Source of the DNA: a bacterium
Lineage (GTDB): Bacteria; Patescibacteriota; Microgenomatia; UBA1400; PJMF01
Assembly (NCBI GenBank): GCA_017431625.1
Contig: JAFRKQ010000021.1
Location: 13,324 to 77,323 of the forward strand
DNA: 64,000 nucleotides
Direction: 5' to 3'
Part shown: in pieces, positions 9,000 through 17,799 of the stretch
How the letters are laid out: each line of letters begins with the position of its first letter
Position numbering within the stretch: the first letter of the stretch is position 1
Translations under genes and position numbers: made by a program
Notes under the pieces: generated by a model
What the model was told of the DNA's origin: nothing
The model's database searches: none
The model's input: only the letters and a program-made list of their open reading frames with translations

Positions 9000-10279
9000 T
9001 GAAAAAACCTCCTGCAGTAATCATGGCTGGTGGCAAAGGAACACGAATCGCAGCGATAAACGCAACTGTGCCTAAACCAATGATAGAGATTGCTGACAAA
9101 CCAATCTTGCAATATGAGTTGGAAGTGCTGTCGCGACAAGGCTATCGTGATGTTACTATTGTTACGGGACATCTCGGCCATGCAATCCAAGAATATTTTG
9201 GTGACGGCAGCAGTTTTGATTTGCAAATTAACTATCTGCACGAAAAAGAACCTTTAGGCACAGCGGGTGCGCTTTATTGGTTAAAAGGTAAAGTCTCTAC
9301 CGATTTCTTGTTGCTTAATGCGGATATTATTTTTGATGTCGATCTGGATCGTTTTTACCGTTATCACCAAGCACAAAAAACGACAGCGACGATTTTGACC
9401 CATCCTAACGCTCATCCCTATGACAGTGCAATTATTGCTGCAGACAAAAATAACATTGCAACTGCTTGGTTACATAAAGAAGACACACGACTCTGGTATC
9501 GCAACCGCGTCAATGCTGGGTTGCACTTTTTATCGCCTTCTGTTTTCGCGAGCTATAAAACTCTAGAAAAAAAAGACTTGGATCGAGATATTCTCAAACC
9601 ATTAATTGAAACCCACCAACTAAGTGTCTATGACTCTCCAGAATACGTCAAAGATATGGGTACGCCTGATCGCTATGAAAATGTAATCAAAGATCTACGC
9701 GATGGCTTAGTAGCAGCAAGAAATCTCAATCGGCGACAAAAAGCAATCTTTTTGGATCGTGACGGCACTTTAAATAAAGATGCTGGCTTTTTGACAAATA
9801 TTGACCAGCTGGAATTAATTCCTGGAGCGAGCGAAGCAGTAAAGTTAATTAATGATAGCGGTTACTTAGCAATTGTCGTCACCAATCAACCAGCAATAGC
9901 GCGTGGAGAATTAACTATTGCACAGTTGGATTTGATTCATCAAAAATTGGAAACTTTATTGGGGCAAGATGGCGCTTATCTTGACGCTATTTATTATTGC
10001 CCACATCATCCAGATAAAGGTTTTTCTGGAGAACGACCAGAATATAAAATTGAGTGTGAGTGTCGCAAACCAAAGCCAGGAATGCTGCTGCAAGCAGCTA
10101 GACATTTTAATATTGATTTGTCATCATCTTGGATGATTGGTGATAGTATTAAAGATATTGAAGCCGGAAAGGCAGTCAATTGTTACACTGCACTTTTGAG
10201 TAAAGAGCAAGCGAATATACAGCCAGATTTGTCGGCACGCGATTTATTGTCAGCAGTCAAAAAGATATTGGACAAATAG
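8999..10279 (+). CDS. Bifunctional heptose-1-phosphate nucleotidyltransferase (HddC-like) fused to D,D-heptose 1,7-bisphosphate phosphatase (GmhB, HAD family)
   Basis: N-terminal MAGGKGTRIA...GTAGALY nucleotidyltransferase. C-terminal AIFLDRDGTLN (HAD motif I) plus the Zn-finger signature CPHHPD...CECRKPKPGML typical of GmhB. Confidence 0.8.
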   Translation: MKKPPAVIMAGGKGTRIAAINATVPKPMIEIADKPILQYELEVLSRQGYRDVTIVTGHLGHAIQEYFGDGSSFDLQINYLHEKEPLGTAGALYWLKGKVSTDFLLLNADIIFDVDLDRFYRYHQAQKTTATILTHPNAHPYDSAIIAADKNNIATAWLHKEDTRLWYRNRVNAGLHFLSPSVFASYKTLEKKDLDRDILKPLIETHQLSVYDSPEYVKDMGTPDRYENVIKDLRDGLVAARNLNRRQKAIFLDRDGTLNKDAGFLTNIDQLELIPGASEAVKLINDSGYLAIVVTNQPAIARGELTIAQLDLIHQKLETLLGQDGAYLDAIYYCPHHPDKGFSGERPEYKIECECRKPKPGMLLQAARHFNIDLSSSWMIGDSIKDIEAGKAVNCYTALLSKEQANIQPDLSARDLLSAVKKILDK

Positions 10280-10282
10280 AAT

Positions 10283-10924
10283 ATGTCACAAAATAAATAT
10301 TTAGCTGAATTACTTATAAGATATCCGAGATTAGCGGCTTGCGAAAACAGTGTTTACCAAACATATCAAATGTTACTAGATAGTTTTGCCAATCAACATA
10401 AACTTCTTGTAGCTGGCAATGGGGGAAGTTGCGCTGACGCAGAGCATTTAGTGGGTGAATTGATGAAAGGCTTTTGTTTACCGCGACTTTTAGATGAACA
10501 ACAAAAGCAGAAGTTAATAAGCATTGATGATGAAATCGGTAAAACTTTAGGTAAAAAATTACAAGGTGCTCTTCCCACTCTCGCACTAACAAATCACAAT
10601 GCATTAAATACAGCTTATCTTAATGATGTTGATGGACTTTATATTTACGCGCAACAGGTTTACGGCTACGGCCAAGTTGGCGACGTCTTTTTGGGGATTA
10701 GCACTTCAGGCAATTCTAAAAACATCCTTAATGCAGCCGTAACGGCAAAAGCAAAACAGCTAAAAGTGATTGGTTTAACGGGGGAAAATGGTGGTAGATT
10801 AAAAGATTATTGTGATGTCTGTATCTGTGTGCCAGAAACGGAAACATTTAAAGTCCAAGAATTGCATTTGCCAGTTTATCATTGTTTAGCATTGATGTTG
10901 GAAGAGAAGTTTTTTGGAAAGTGA
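10283..10924 (+). CDS. gmhA: Sedoheptulose-7-phosphate isomerase (SIS domain)
   Basis: LVAGNGGSCADAEHLVGEL, ISTSGNS and QELHL motifs match the GmhA consensus. Confidence 0.85.
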   Translation: MSQNKYLAELLIRYPRLAACENSVYQTYQMLLDSFANQHKLLVAGNGGSCADAEHLVGELMKGFCLPRLLDEQQKQKLISIDDEIGKTLGKKLQGALPTLALTNHNALNTAYLNDVDGLYIYAQQVYGYGQVGDVFLGISTSGNSKNILNAAVTAKAKQLKVIGLTGENGGRLKDYCDVCICVPETETFKVQELHLPVYHCLALMLEEKFFGK

Positions 10925-10962
10925 TATGAAAAACCGAACGCTATGTACTCCAGGATCATAAT

Positions 10963-13809
10963 ATGCTAACACTTAAAAAGTTTTATTTGACACATTTTCT
11001 TAACAAAAAACAGATACGAGATTTGCTGGAATTCTTATCAGTTATACTTGCCATTAATATCCTAATAATTATCGGCGTGAAAAATGGGCTTTTTTTTCTA
11101 GAAAGTGGTGTACTCTATCGAGACGTCCCTGTTTATAAGTTTGCCGATAGTCTCAAAAGTGGCGACGATAGCGTAGAACAAGAGTTTATTCCTAAGATGC
11201 CAGGGCTTACGAGAATTGATATCAGATTGGCCTATGCAGGTAATATTGAGGATGATCATGCACAAGCACTTTTAACTTTAAGCGACGATGAGGGGAATAT
11301 TTTATCTGAACATATTGTTACTGGAGATAATTTTGAAAACTGGCGCTATTTTAGTATAGACGCTAGGGGCTTGCAATGTGGACACAAGTATGTCATCAAA
11401 ATGCAACAACAATCACAGAATTTGACTCCAGACGGCGATTTTGCAACTTCGTGGGCTCCTTTTGTTTATGAAGCCGATGAAATCCTATCCAAGGATAAAA
11501 CTTTTCCTCAAGAGAATCTCACTAGTTATTATAATCATGCAGTACGTAATTACCATTGGGACATTCATTATGTCTATGGAAGAACAGTTTATCTATATAT
11601 GCTTTTTATTGATATAATAGTGTTTAGCGTGTATATACTGGGGTCTATTTTTTTAAAACACATGGCTCTGCAAAAAAAGAAACAATGTTTAAATTCAGAT
11701 ATAAAAACGATCACAAATGCCATTTTGATTAGCAATTGCTTAGTGGCTAGTTATTTAATTTATGTTGTTTATGTTTGGTTTCTTGAGTTAGTAGATTTTG
11801 TTTGCTATTTTTTTCAGTGGCCGCAAGCGACACCAATTTCTCGCATTATGGTGGCTTCTTTTACTATGTTACTAGTCTTTTTCTGCAAAAGAAAGAAAGC
11901 GTTTATCGTGGGAAGGTTGTCCTTTAATTGGAAATTATTGCTGGCCATTGTATTTTTTATCCTGCTGAGTGCGACCAAAATTGTGTATCCAGATACTAGT
12001 GCGGATACCTTTAATTATCATTTATTGGCACAGCAGCCGGGATTTGTAAACTATTTTAAACAAGGTTTTGGCGCAGGGGGATTTCAGGTGTGGGGTTTCC
12101 GCCTTGGAGATCGTTTATATTATCCATTTCGAGTGTTGCTGGGGTATAGGTTGGGGACTGTTTTAAATACCATAGTTGTCATAATCATCTACTTACAACT
12201 AGTTCTTATTATGCAAACATTTACTAAGGACAATGTGCGAAAGTTCTGTTTGTCTCCTGAAATGTTTGCTTTACTTTTACTGGCCACGCAGTGGGACACT
12301 CTATTAATGATGGGCATATACTATGTGGATATTTTATCTATCCCTTTAATTTTGGAAGCATTTAGAATACTTGCTTCTCATGAAAATGAGAAAATAAATA
12401 CAACTAAAATAATTTACTTGTCTTTTCTACTGGGGTTTGCTTTTGCCTTCAAAATGACGAATATTGCATTTGTGTTACCATTGGGAATGGTTTTATTGGT
12501 AAAATCTTGGAAAAAAATTACGCCCGTTAGCTTTATTGTCGCCGGTCTTGCTTGTGTTTTACCGGTTAGTATTTATTTAATATTTAATTTTGTTTGTACA
12601 CGTAATCCAGTTTTCCCTTATTATAACAAGATTTTCCGATCTCCATATTTTAAGATCGCAAATTTTAAAGATAATAGATGGGGCGGGAGTGACACCAAGC
12701 AACAACTACTCTGGTTTTATCATATCGTAAAGCACCCAGAAAGCCGCGTTTCGGAAATTAATAATCCTAACACTACATTCATACTATTTTCACTATTTGC
12801 GTTCATTTTGCTACTTTCTTTGGTTGTATATTATCACTGGAGGAAGCGTTATACTTACAAATCATTCTTCACGTATATTGGCATGATTATATTTTCATAT
12901 TTGATTTGGACATTTTCAACTGGTTATCCGCGCTACTATATTGGCGGTTTTATATTATGGGGATTGGCAATTTATTTATGCCTTTATTTATTTTCCCAAA
13001 AAAATTTACTTGTAACTAATGTACTTAGTGTTATGTTCATTGTTGTTTCATTGCTAATTGCCAAAGACGAGGCGTGGACAGTTGTTGTCGCCGGTCATGA
13101 ATGGTCATGGCGTCAATTCTCTATGGCCACATACAAGATACAATTACCATTGATATTCCATGACAAAATATGGTATTTGCCTGATAATCAAGAATTTCCT
13201 GATAAATTTATTTTGACTGAGGCAACCACGGGGGACGTCGTTTTAGCTAACCCGCGGGCTTCTATCATAGCCTTATATTATCAACGTTGGCTGGATAATC
13301 AGGAAACTATAAACGATCTTCACAATAAAGCAAAACAAGCATTAAATTCGAGAGGATATATCATTTTAAGAAGTGCTAAGAATCTAAAAGCGATTATTGA
13401 CGAACTAAATAAGTATAGTTTATACTTAAATGATATACAGATGATATATACCAATCAGGCTCAGCGTTATTTAGGATTGGTAGAAAGACTTATGGATGCA
13501 ACCAACTCAGGCGAATTAGTTACAGATGATTTTCATACTACATTAAATATTAAACCAAACCGCAATAATGTAAATTTTATATATGTATGTATTACATCCA
13601 ATGAAGGAGGAAATTGCGATTATCATGTCACTCTATCTCAAGATAATGCAGTAGTTTATGAAGAAAATATTAATATAGGAAAAGATCAAACTGGAAAATT
13701 AGATATGAATATATCTGAAGAAGTGTCACCAGACACCCTAGACGTTTCTATTATGAACAATCGAGCTAATAGCTCTGGCAGTCAATTGGCAATCATCAAC
13801 TTGCACTAA
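10963..13809 (+). CDS. Large polytopic membrane protein (948 aa, >12 predicted TM helices plus a C-terminal soluble domain). Possible GT-C-type glycosyltransferase, oligosaccharyltransferase or polymerase
   Basis: ATG at 10963. Long hydrophobic helices throughout aa 200-700, then a hydrophilic ~250-aa C-terminal domain. AT-rich. No catalytic motif recognised, so the functional call is by context. Confidence 0.6.
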   Translation: MLTLKKFYLTHFLNKKQIRDLLEFLSVILAINILIIIGVKNGLFFLESGVLYRDVPVYKFADSLKSGDDSVEQEFIPKMPGLTRIDIRLAYAGNIEDDHAQALLTLSDDEGNILSEHIVTGDNFENWRYFSIDARGLQCGHKYVIKMQQQSQNLTPDGDFATSWAPFVYEADEILSKDKTFPQENLTSYYNHAVRNYHWDIHYVYGRTVYLYMLFIDIIVFSVYILGSIFLKHMALQKKKQCLNSDIKTITNAILISNCLVASYLIYVVYVWFLELVDFVCYFFQWPQATPISRIMVASFTMLLVFFCKRKKAFIVGRLSFNWKLLLAIVFFILLSATKIVYPDTSADTFNYHLLAQQPGFVNYFKQGFGAGGFQVWGFRLGDRLYYPFRVLLGYRLGTVLNTIVVIIIYLQLVLIMQTFTKDNVRKFCLSPEMFALLLLATQWDTLLMMGIYYVDILSIPLILEAFRILASHENEKINTTKIIYLSFLLGFAFAFKMTNIAFVLPLGMVLLVKSWKKITPVSFIVAGLACVLPVSIYLIFNFVCTRNPVFPYYNKIFRSPYFKIANFKDNRWGGSDTKQQLLWFYHIVKHPESRVSEINNPNTTFILFSLFAFILLLSLVVYYHWRKRYTYKSFFTYIGMIIFSYLIWTFSTGYPRYYIGGFILWGLAIYLCLYLFSQKNLLVTNVLSVMFIVVSLLIAKDEAWTVVVAGHEWSWRQFSMATYKIQLPLIFHDKIWYLPDNQEFPDKFILTEATTGDVVLANPRASIIALYYQRWLDNQETINDLHNKAKQALNSRGYIILRSAKNLKAIIDELNKYSLYLNDIQMIYTNQAQRYLGLVERLMDATNSGELVTDDFHTTLNIKPNRNNVNFIYVCITSNEGGNCDYHVTLSQDNAVVYEENINIGKDQTGKLDMNISEEVSPDTLDVSIMNNRANSSGSQLAIINLH

Positions 13810-14005
13810 GTAATTAAATCAACTAAAGATGTTCTGATTGTCCAGATAATGTAGGTTAAGTAAAATTTCGTGCAGGTTTTACTCTTGCAAAATATGAATT
13901 ATGTTATTATGCAAAACAGCAACCATCTTGTCCAAATTCAAATACTCACAAACTAACAGATAGATTAACAAATGGATTAACAAATATAAACACACTTCAT
14001 AGCTA

Positions 14006-14236
14006 TCACCGTTTTATTCTTTCAGTATAATTCTTAATGATGTCTTTTCCTCTTAATTCACATGATTGAATTAACATTTCTATCTTACTGGGTTCATCAA
14101 GATTGTTTAGATTTAATTCATCATATAAGTGTTTCACATTTTCTTTTAGTTTTTCTAATAGTTCTGGAGTCATAACTCTGATTGCTGAATTTGAAGCCTC
14201 CACGGCAGCCAGCAGTGGTGCTGTCGTAATCCCCAA
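14006..14236 (-). CDS. Small hypothetical helical protein (55-76 aa) in an AT-rich spacer
   Basis: ATG-initiated ORF with amphipathic-helix-like sequence (MTPELLEKLKENVKHLYDEL...). It overlaps an antisense ORF (14103..14477) whose first half looks non-coding. Confidence 0.3.
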   Translation of the reverse strand: MGITTAPLLAAVEASNSAIRVMTPELLEKLKENVKHLYDELNLNNLDEPSKIEMLIQSCELRGKDIIKNYTERIKR

Positions 14237-14481
14237 ACTTTTTTACCGAGGCTATATTGCTCGCGATGAAAGTCACAATACTTTCCCTATCGTCAATGGT
14301 GACAATAATTGTGCCGCCGTCCTGTTACCGGCCAACTATCATGGTATTATCACTGTAGAATACCAAAAAAGAAAAATCTGGATTTTGGGCGAATGGATAT
14401 CCGTCATCACTTTGTGTGTACTCATCAGCATCGCCGTTATCACATACTGCAACCAGCGACGCACACAAACATCATAAATTA

Positions 14482-14521
14482 CTGCCACTCCCCGCCATTT
14501 CTGGCAAAAATTCGCACTAAA
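14482..14521. repeat. R1 repeat, copy 1 (CTGCCACTCCCCGCCATTTCTGGCAAAAATTCGCACTAAA)
   Basis: About 88% identical 40-nt copy at 15809-15848. Copy 1 overlaps the -35 region of the downstream ATPase gene (TATAAT at 14536-14541). Confidence 0.8.
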
Positions 14522-14548
14522 TTGTTCATTTCCATGTTATAATAAGTT

Positions 14549-15799
14549 ATGCTCGAAATCAAACGTGACTACTATCTGCGCCAACTGATCGCCCAGCGTG
14601 GCTCTAGTTTCATCAAAATCATTACTGGCTTGCGCCGTGCCGGCAAATCCTACTTGCTCGATCCAATTTTTCGCCAATTCTTACTTCAAGATGGCGTCGC
14701 GCCGGATCATATCATTCACCTCAATTTGGAAGAGTTTGAAAACCGCTGCTTGCTTGACCCCTCCGCATTATTCACTTTTGTCAAAAAACAAATCGCCGAT
14801 AGTCAAACTTATTACGTGCTCCTCGATGAAATCCAACTTGTGCCCGGTTTCGAGTCCATTCTCTCCAGTTTTCTCCACCTAGACAATCTCGACGTTTACG
14901 TGACTGGCAGTAACTCACGTTTCTTGTCTTCAGACGTCATCACTCAATTTCGCGGCCGTGGCACCCAAATTCACCTGTATCCACTCAGCTTTGGCGAAAT
15001 TTATGCCGCCTTAGGCGGTGATAAATACGAGCTCTGGGAGCGTTATTACCGTTACGGTGGCTTGCCGCAAGTGGTCCAGCAGCCCGATGACCAAGCCCGG
15101 ATCTCCTTTTTAGAAGCACAAAAAGACAATGTTTATCTCAATGACTTAATAGAACGTTATCGTATCCGCAATAGTGACAGTCTGGGTATCCTCAGTAGTG
15201 TCATCGCTTCAGACGTGGGTGCGCTCACCAACCCCCACAAACTCGAGCGCACCTTCAAAAGCAAAATTGGTGTCGACCTAAGCTACCACAAAATCGAGGA
15301 TTATTTAGAAAAACTCCAAAACGCTTTTTTAATCGAAAAATCTAAACGTTTTGACGTCAAAGGCAAACGTTATATTGATACTCCGGTAAAATACTACTTT
15401 ACTGATCCCGGCATTCGCAACGCTTTCGTTGATTTCCGCCAAACAGAAGAATCTCATCTGATGGAAAATATTATCTATAATGAACTCCGCCGCCGCGGAT
15501 TCAAAGTCGATGTCGGCACGGTCGAAACCAGAGGGGAAAATGGCACTCGCCAACAATTAGAGGTGGATTTTGTCGCGAGAAAGGCCGATAATACATATTA
15601 TATTCAATCAGCCCTCACGATCGGTGATAGTGCCAAAAGATACCAAGAATCACGCTCGCTAGATCACATTAATGATCACTTCAGCAAGATCATCATCGCC
15701 AAAGATACTTTTGCTCCCGGCCACGAGCGCAACGGCATTGCTACCATCGGTCTTTTTGGCTTTTTACTCGATGACAAAATCCTAGATAAATATCAATAG
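14549..15799 (+). CDS. AAA+ ATPase of the COG1373 / AAA_14 + DUF4143 family (paralog 1)
   Basis: Walker A GLRRAGKSYLL. Walker B YVLLDEIQ. The length and C-terminal half are consistent with DUF4143-type proteins. ATG at 14549 with TTATAAT 7 nt upstream. Confidence 0.7.
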   Translation: MLEIKRDYYLRQLIAQRGSSFIKIITGLRRAGKSYLLDPIFRQFLLQDGVAPDHIIHLNLEEFENRCLLDPSALFTFVKKQIADSQTYYVLLDEIQLVPGFESILSSFLHLDNLDVYVTGSNSRFLSSDVITQFRGRGTQIHLYPLSFGEIYAALGGDKYELWERYYRYGGLPQVVQQPDDQARISFLEAQKDNVYLNDLIERYRIRNSDSLGILSSVIASDVGALTNPHKLERTFKSKIGVDLSYHKIEDYLEKLQNAFLIEKSKRFDVKGKRYIDTPVKYYFTDPGIRNAFVDFRQTEESHLMENIIYNELRRRGFKVDVGTVETRGENGTRQQLEVDFVARKADNTYYIQSALTIGDSAKRYQESRSLDHINDHFSKIIIAKDTFAPGHERNGIATIGLFGFLLDDKILDKYQ

Positions 15800-15808
15800 T
15801 GTCACTCT

Positions 15809-15848
15809 ACTGCCAATTTCCGCCATTTTTGGCAAAAATTCGCACTAA
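15809..15848. repeat. R1 repeat, copy 2
   Basis: Direct repeat of 14482-14521, beginning 10 nt after the stop of ATPase paralog 1. Confidence 0.8.
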
Positions 15849-16049
15849 ACCAACCAGAAATAATCTAAACAGGTTCAAACACATTTCGGAATAAAAATTT
15901 GGGTTAAGTAAAAAAAACGTGGAGGTTTTTTGCATGGCTTTTAGCGGTGTATACGTAAAATTGGCATTATTTTGCACTTTTTGAGTGCTAAAATACACCA
16001 ATTGCGACCAAGAAGTAGGCAACACCAAATCTGTGTTGCACTCCCACTT

Positions 16050-16140
16050 AACCCCACATTTCGTGAAAAAACAGCCAAAATTAACTTTACATTTCGTGAT
16101 ATTTTGCCAAAAATTAAGCTTACATTTCGTGAAAAAACAC
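16050..16140. repeat. R2 array A: three tandem 33-bp units with core TTACATTTCGTGA, immediately upstream of a TTGACA -35 element
   Basis: ACATTTCGTG at 16056, 16089 and 16122 (period exactly 33 bp). Inter-core sequence is semi-conserved (GCCAAAAATTAA). TTGACA at 16141. Confidence 0.85.
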
Positions 16141-16192
16141 TTGACAATTATTCTAATAGTGATCTAATCACTAAGAAAGGTTGAAAACTATT

Positions 16193-17545
16193 ATGAAAAG
16201 GCTTATCTACGATCAGCTGCTTGAGTGGAAAAACACTGATCAAGGTCGGCACGCTGTATTAATTGAAGGCGCGCGACGTGTTGGCAAAAGTTACATTACC
16301 AATGATTTTGGCAATGACAATTACGCTTCTTACCTCACAATCGACTTTTCGGCCACTACCGATGAAATCCGTGATCTTTTTTATAACTATCTTGATCACC
16401 TTGACGATTTTTTTCACCTGCTGACCAATTATTATCAAGTTAAACTTTTTCATCGCCAGTCACTGATTATTTTTGATGAAGTTCAACATTTTCCTCGTGC
16501 CCGCGAGGCCATAAAGCGCCTTGTTGCTGACGGACGCTATGATTACATCGAAACTGGCTCCTTGATTTCCATCAAACAAAACGTCAAAGACATCCTCATA
16601 CCGTCTGAAGAAAGAAAACTAACTATGAGGCCCATGAATTTTCAAGAATTTTGCTTGGCGACCAATAATCAAATGCTTTGGGAATATATCTGCGATTGTT
16701 TCGCACAAAAAAAATCTCTGACACCACCAATGCATCGACGTGCCATGAATGTTTTTCGCCAATACCTAATTGTTGGTGGCCTGCCTCAAGCAGTAGCTGC
16801 TTTTATTAAATCTCAAGATTATACCCTAGTAGACCACGAAAAAAGAGCTATTCTTGATCTTTATCGCAATGATATTAGCAAATTTAGCGATTCAATTCGT
16901 TTTAAGGTAGAAAAAATTTTTGACGATATTCCCTCTCAACTTCAGCGACATGAAAAAAAATTTAATTTGGCCGACATTGATTACAATGCTCGCTTGCGAG
17001 AATATGACGATGCCTTTTATTGGTTGCTTGATGCAGGTTTGATCAATATTGCTTATAATACCACCGAACCAAATTTGGGTCTCAATCTTGCAAAAGATGA
17101 CCGGTATTTCAAGTGTTATCTGTTTGATACAGGTTTACTTTTAGCTATGACTTTTAATGAAAAAGAAATTGCCCGCGAAGAAATATACAAAAAGATTCTT
17201 TTCAACAAACTCGAATTTAACCAAGGCATGATTATGGAAAACCTTATCGCCCAAATGTTACGCTCAAGCGGACATCATCTTTTCTTTTATGTCAAACATG
17301 ATCGTGGTGATAATAATGAAAACATGGAGGTTGATTTTCTTTTGTCTAAAAATGTTATCACCAATAAGCACAATATTATCCCGATCGAGGTCAAAACTGG
17401 TGTTAGATACACTTACAAATCACTGCGCAAATTCTCTCAAAAATATCAGCAATTTGTCACCAAACCAATTATTATTCACCAAAATGATTTGCAAATTGAC
17501 AATGGCATTCTCTATTTGCCCGCTTACATGGCCGAGTTGCTTTAA
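16193..17545 (+). CDS. AAA+ ATPase of the COG1373 / AAA_14 + DUF4143 family (paralog 2)
   Basis: Walker A GARRVGKSYIT. Walker B IIFDEVQ. SD-like AAGAAAGG 12 nt before the ATG at 16193. The ORF track starts at TTG 16181. Confidence 0.7.
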   Translation: MKRLIYDQLLEWKNTDQGRHAVLIEGARRVGKSYITNDFGNDNYASYLTIDFSATTDEIRDLFYNYLDHLDDFFHLLTNYYQVKLFHRQSLIIFDEVQHFPRAREAIKRLVADGRYDYIETGSLISIKQNVKDILIPSEERKLTMRPMNFQEFCLATNNQMLWEYICDCFAQKKSLTPPMHRRAMNVFRQYLIVGGLPQAVAAFIKSQDYTLVDHEKRAILDLYRNDISKFSDSIRFKVEKIFDDIPSQLQRHEKKFNLADIDYNARLREYDDAFYWLLDAGLINIAYNTTEPNLGLNLAKDDRYFKCYLFDTGLLLAMTFNEKEIAREEIYKKILFNKLEFNQGMIMENLIAQMLRSSGHHLFFYVKHDRGDNNENMEVDFLLSKNVITNKHNIIPIEVKTGVRYTYKSLRKFSQKYQQFVTKPIIIHQNDLQIDNGILYLPAYMAELL

Positions 17546-17554
17546 TTGATCACT

Positions 17555-17650
17555 AACTCTACATTTCGTGAAAAAACAGCCAAAATTAACTTTACATTTC
17601 GTGTGAATTTACTCAAAATTAATCTTGCATTTAGTGAGAAATACTGTAGT
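17555..17650. repeat. R2 array B: three tandem 33-bp units (ACATTTCGTG x2, GCATTTAGTG), direct orientation relative to array A
   Basis: Cores at 17561, 17594 and 17627. Begins 16 nt after the ATPase-2 stop. The first 50 nt are nearly identical to array A. Confidence 0.85.
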
Positions 17651-17799
17651 TTTAAGACATCAAGTCAGCGACTGATAATTTTCACCAATATGCCAAATTG
17701 TCCAGCAGTCAACCGAATTGAGTTTCCGCTAGCTATTCCCAAACTTTGGCAAATTCGCCATTAATTTGGAATTGACTTTAGTGACAAAATTAACTTTGG

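Noticed and set aside
14103-14477. 124-aa plus-strand ORF starting at TTG
   Set aside because: Its first half is antisense to the ATG-initiated minus ORF and is low-complexity. Only the 3' part looks coding-like. It is recorded as a possible gene remnant rather than a CDS.
15972-16184. 70-aa ORF translated as ...TFREKTAKINFTFRDILPKIKLTFREK...
   Set aside because: The reading frame runs through the 33-bp R2 tandem repeats. The repetitive peptide is a by-product of the DNA repeat. An equivalent artefact is at 17546..17764.
16050-17650. Possible CRISPR array, given regularly spaced direct repeats
   Set aside because: There are only three contiguous 33-bp units per array. The inter-core sequence is itself semi-conserved rather than unique spacers. 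No cas genes are present. This is better explained as iterons or promoter-proximal repeats.
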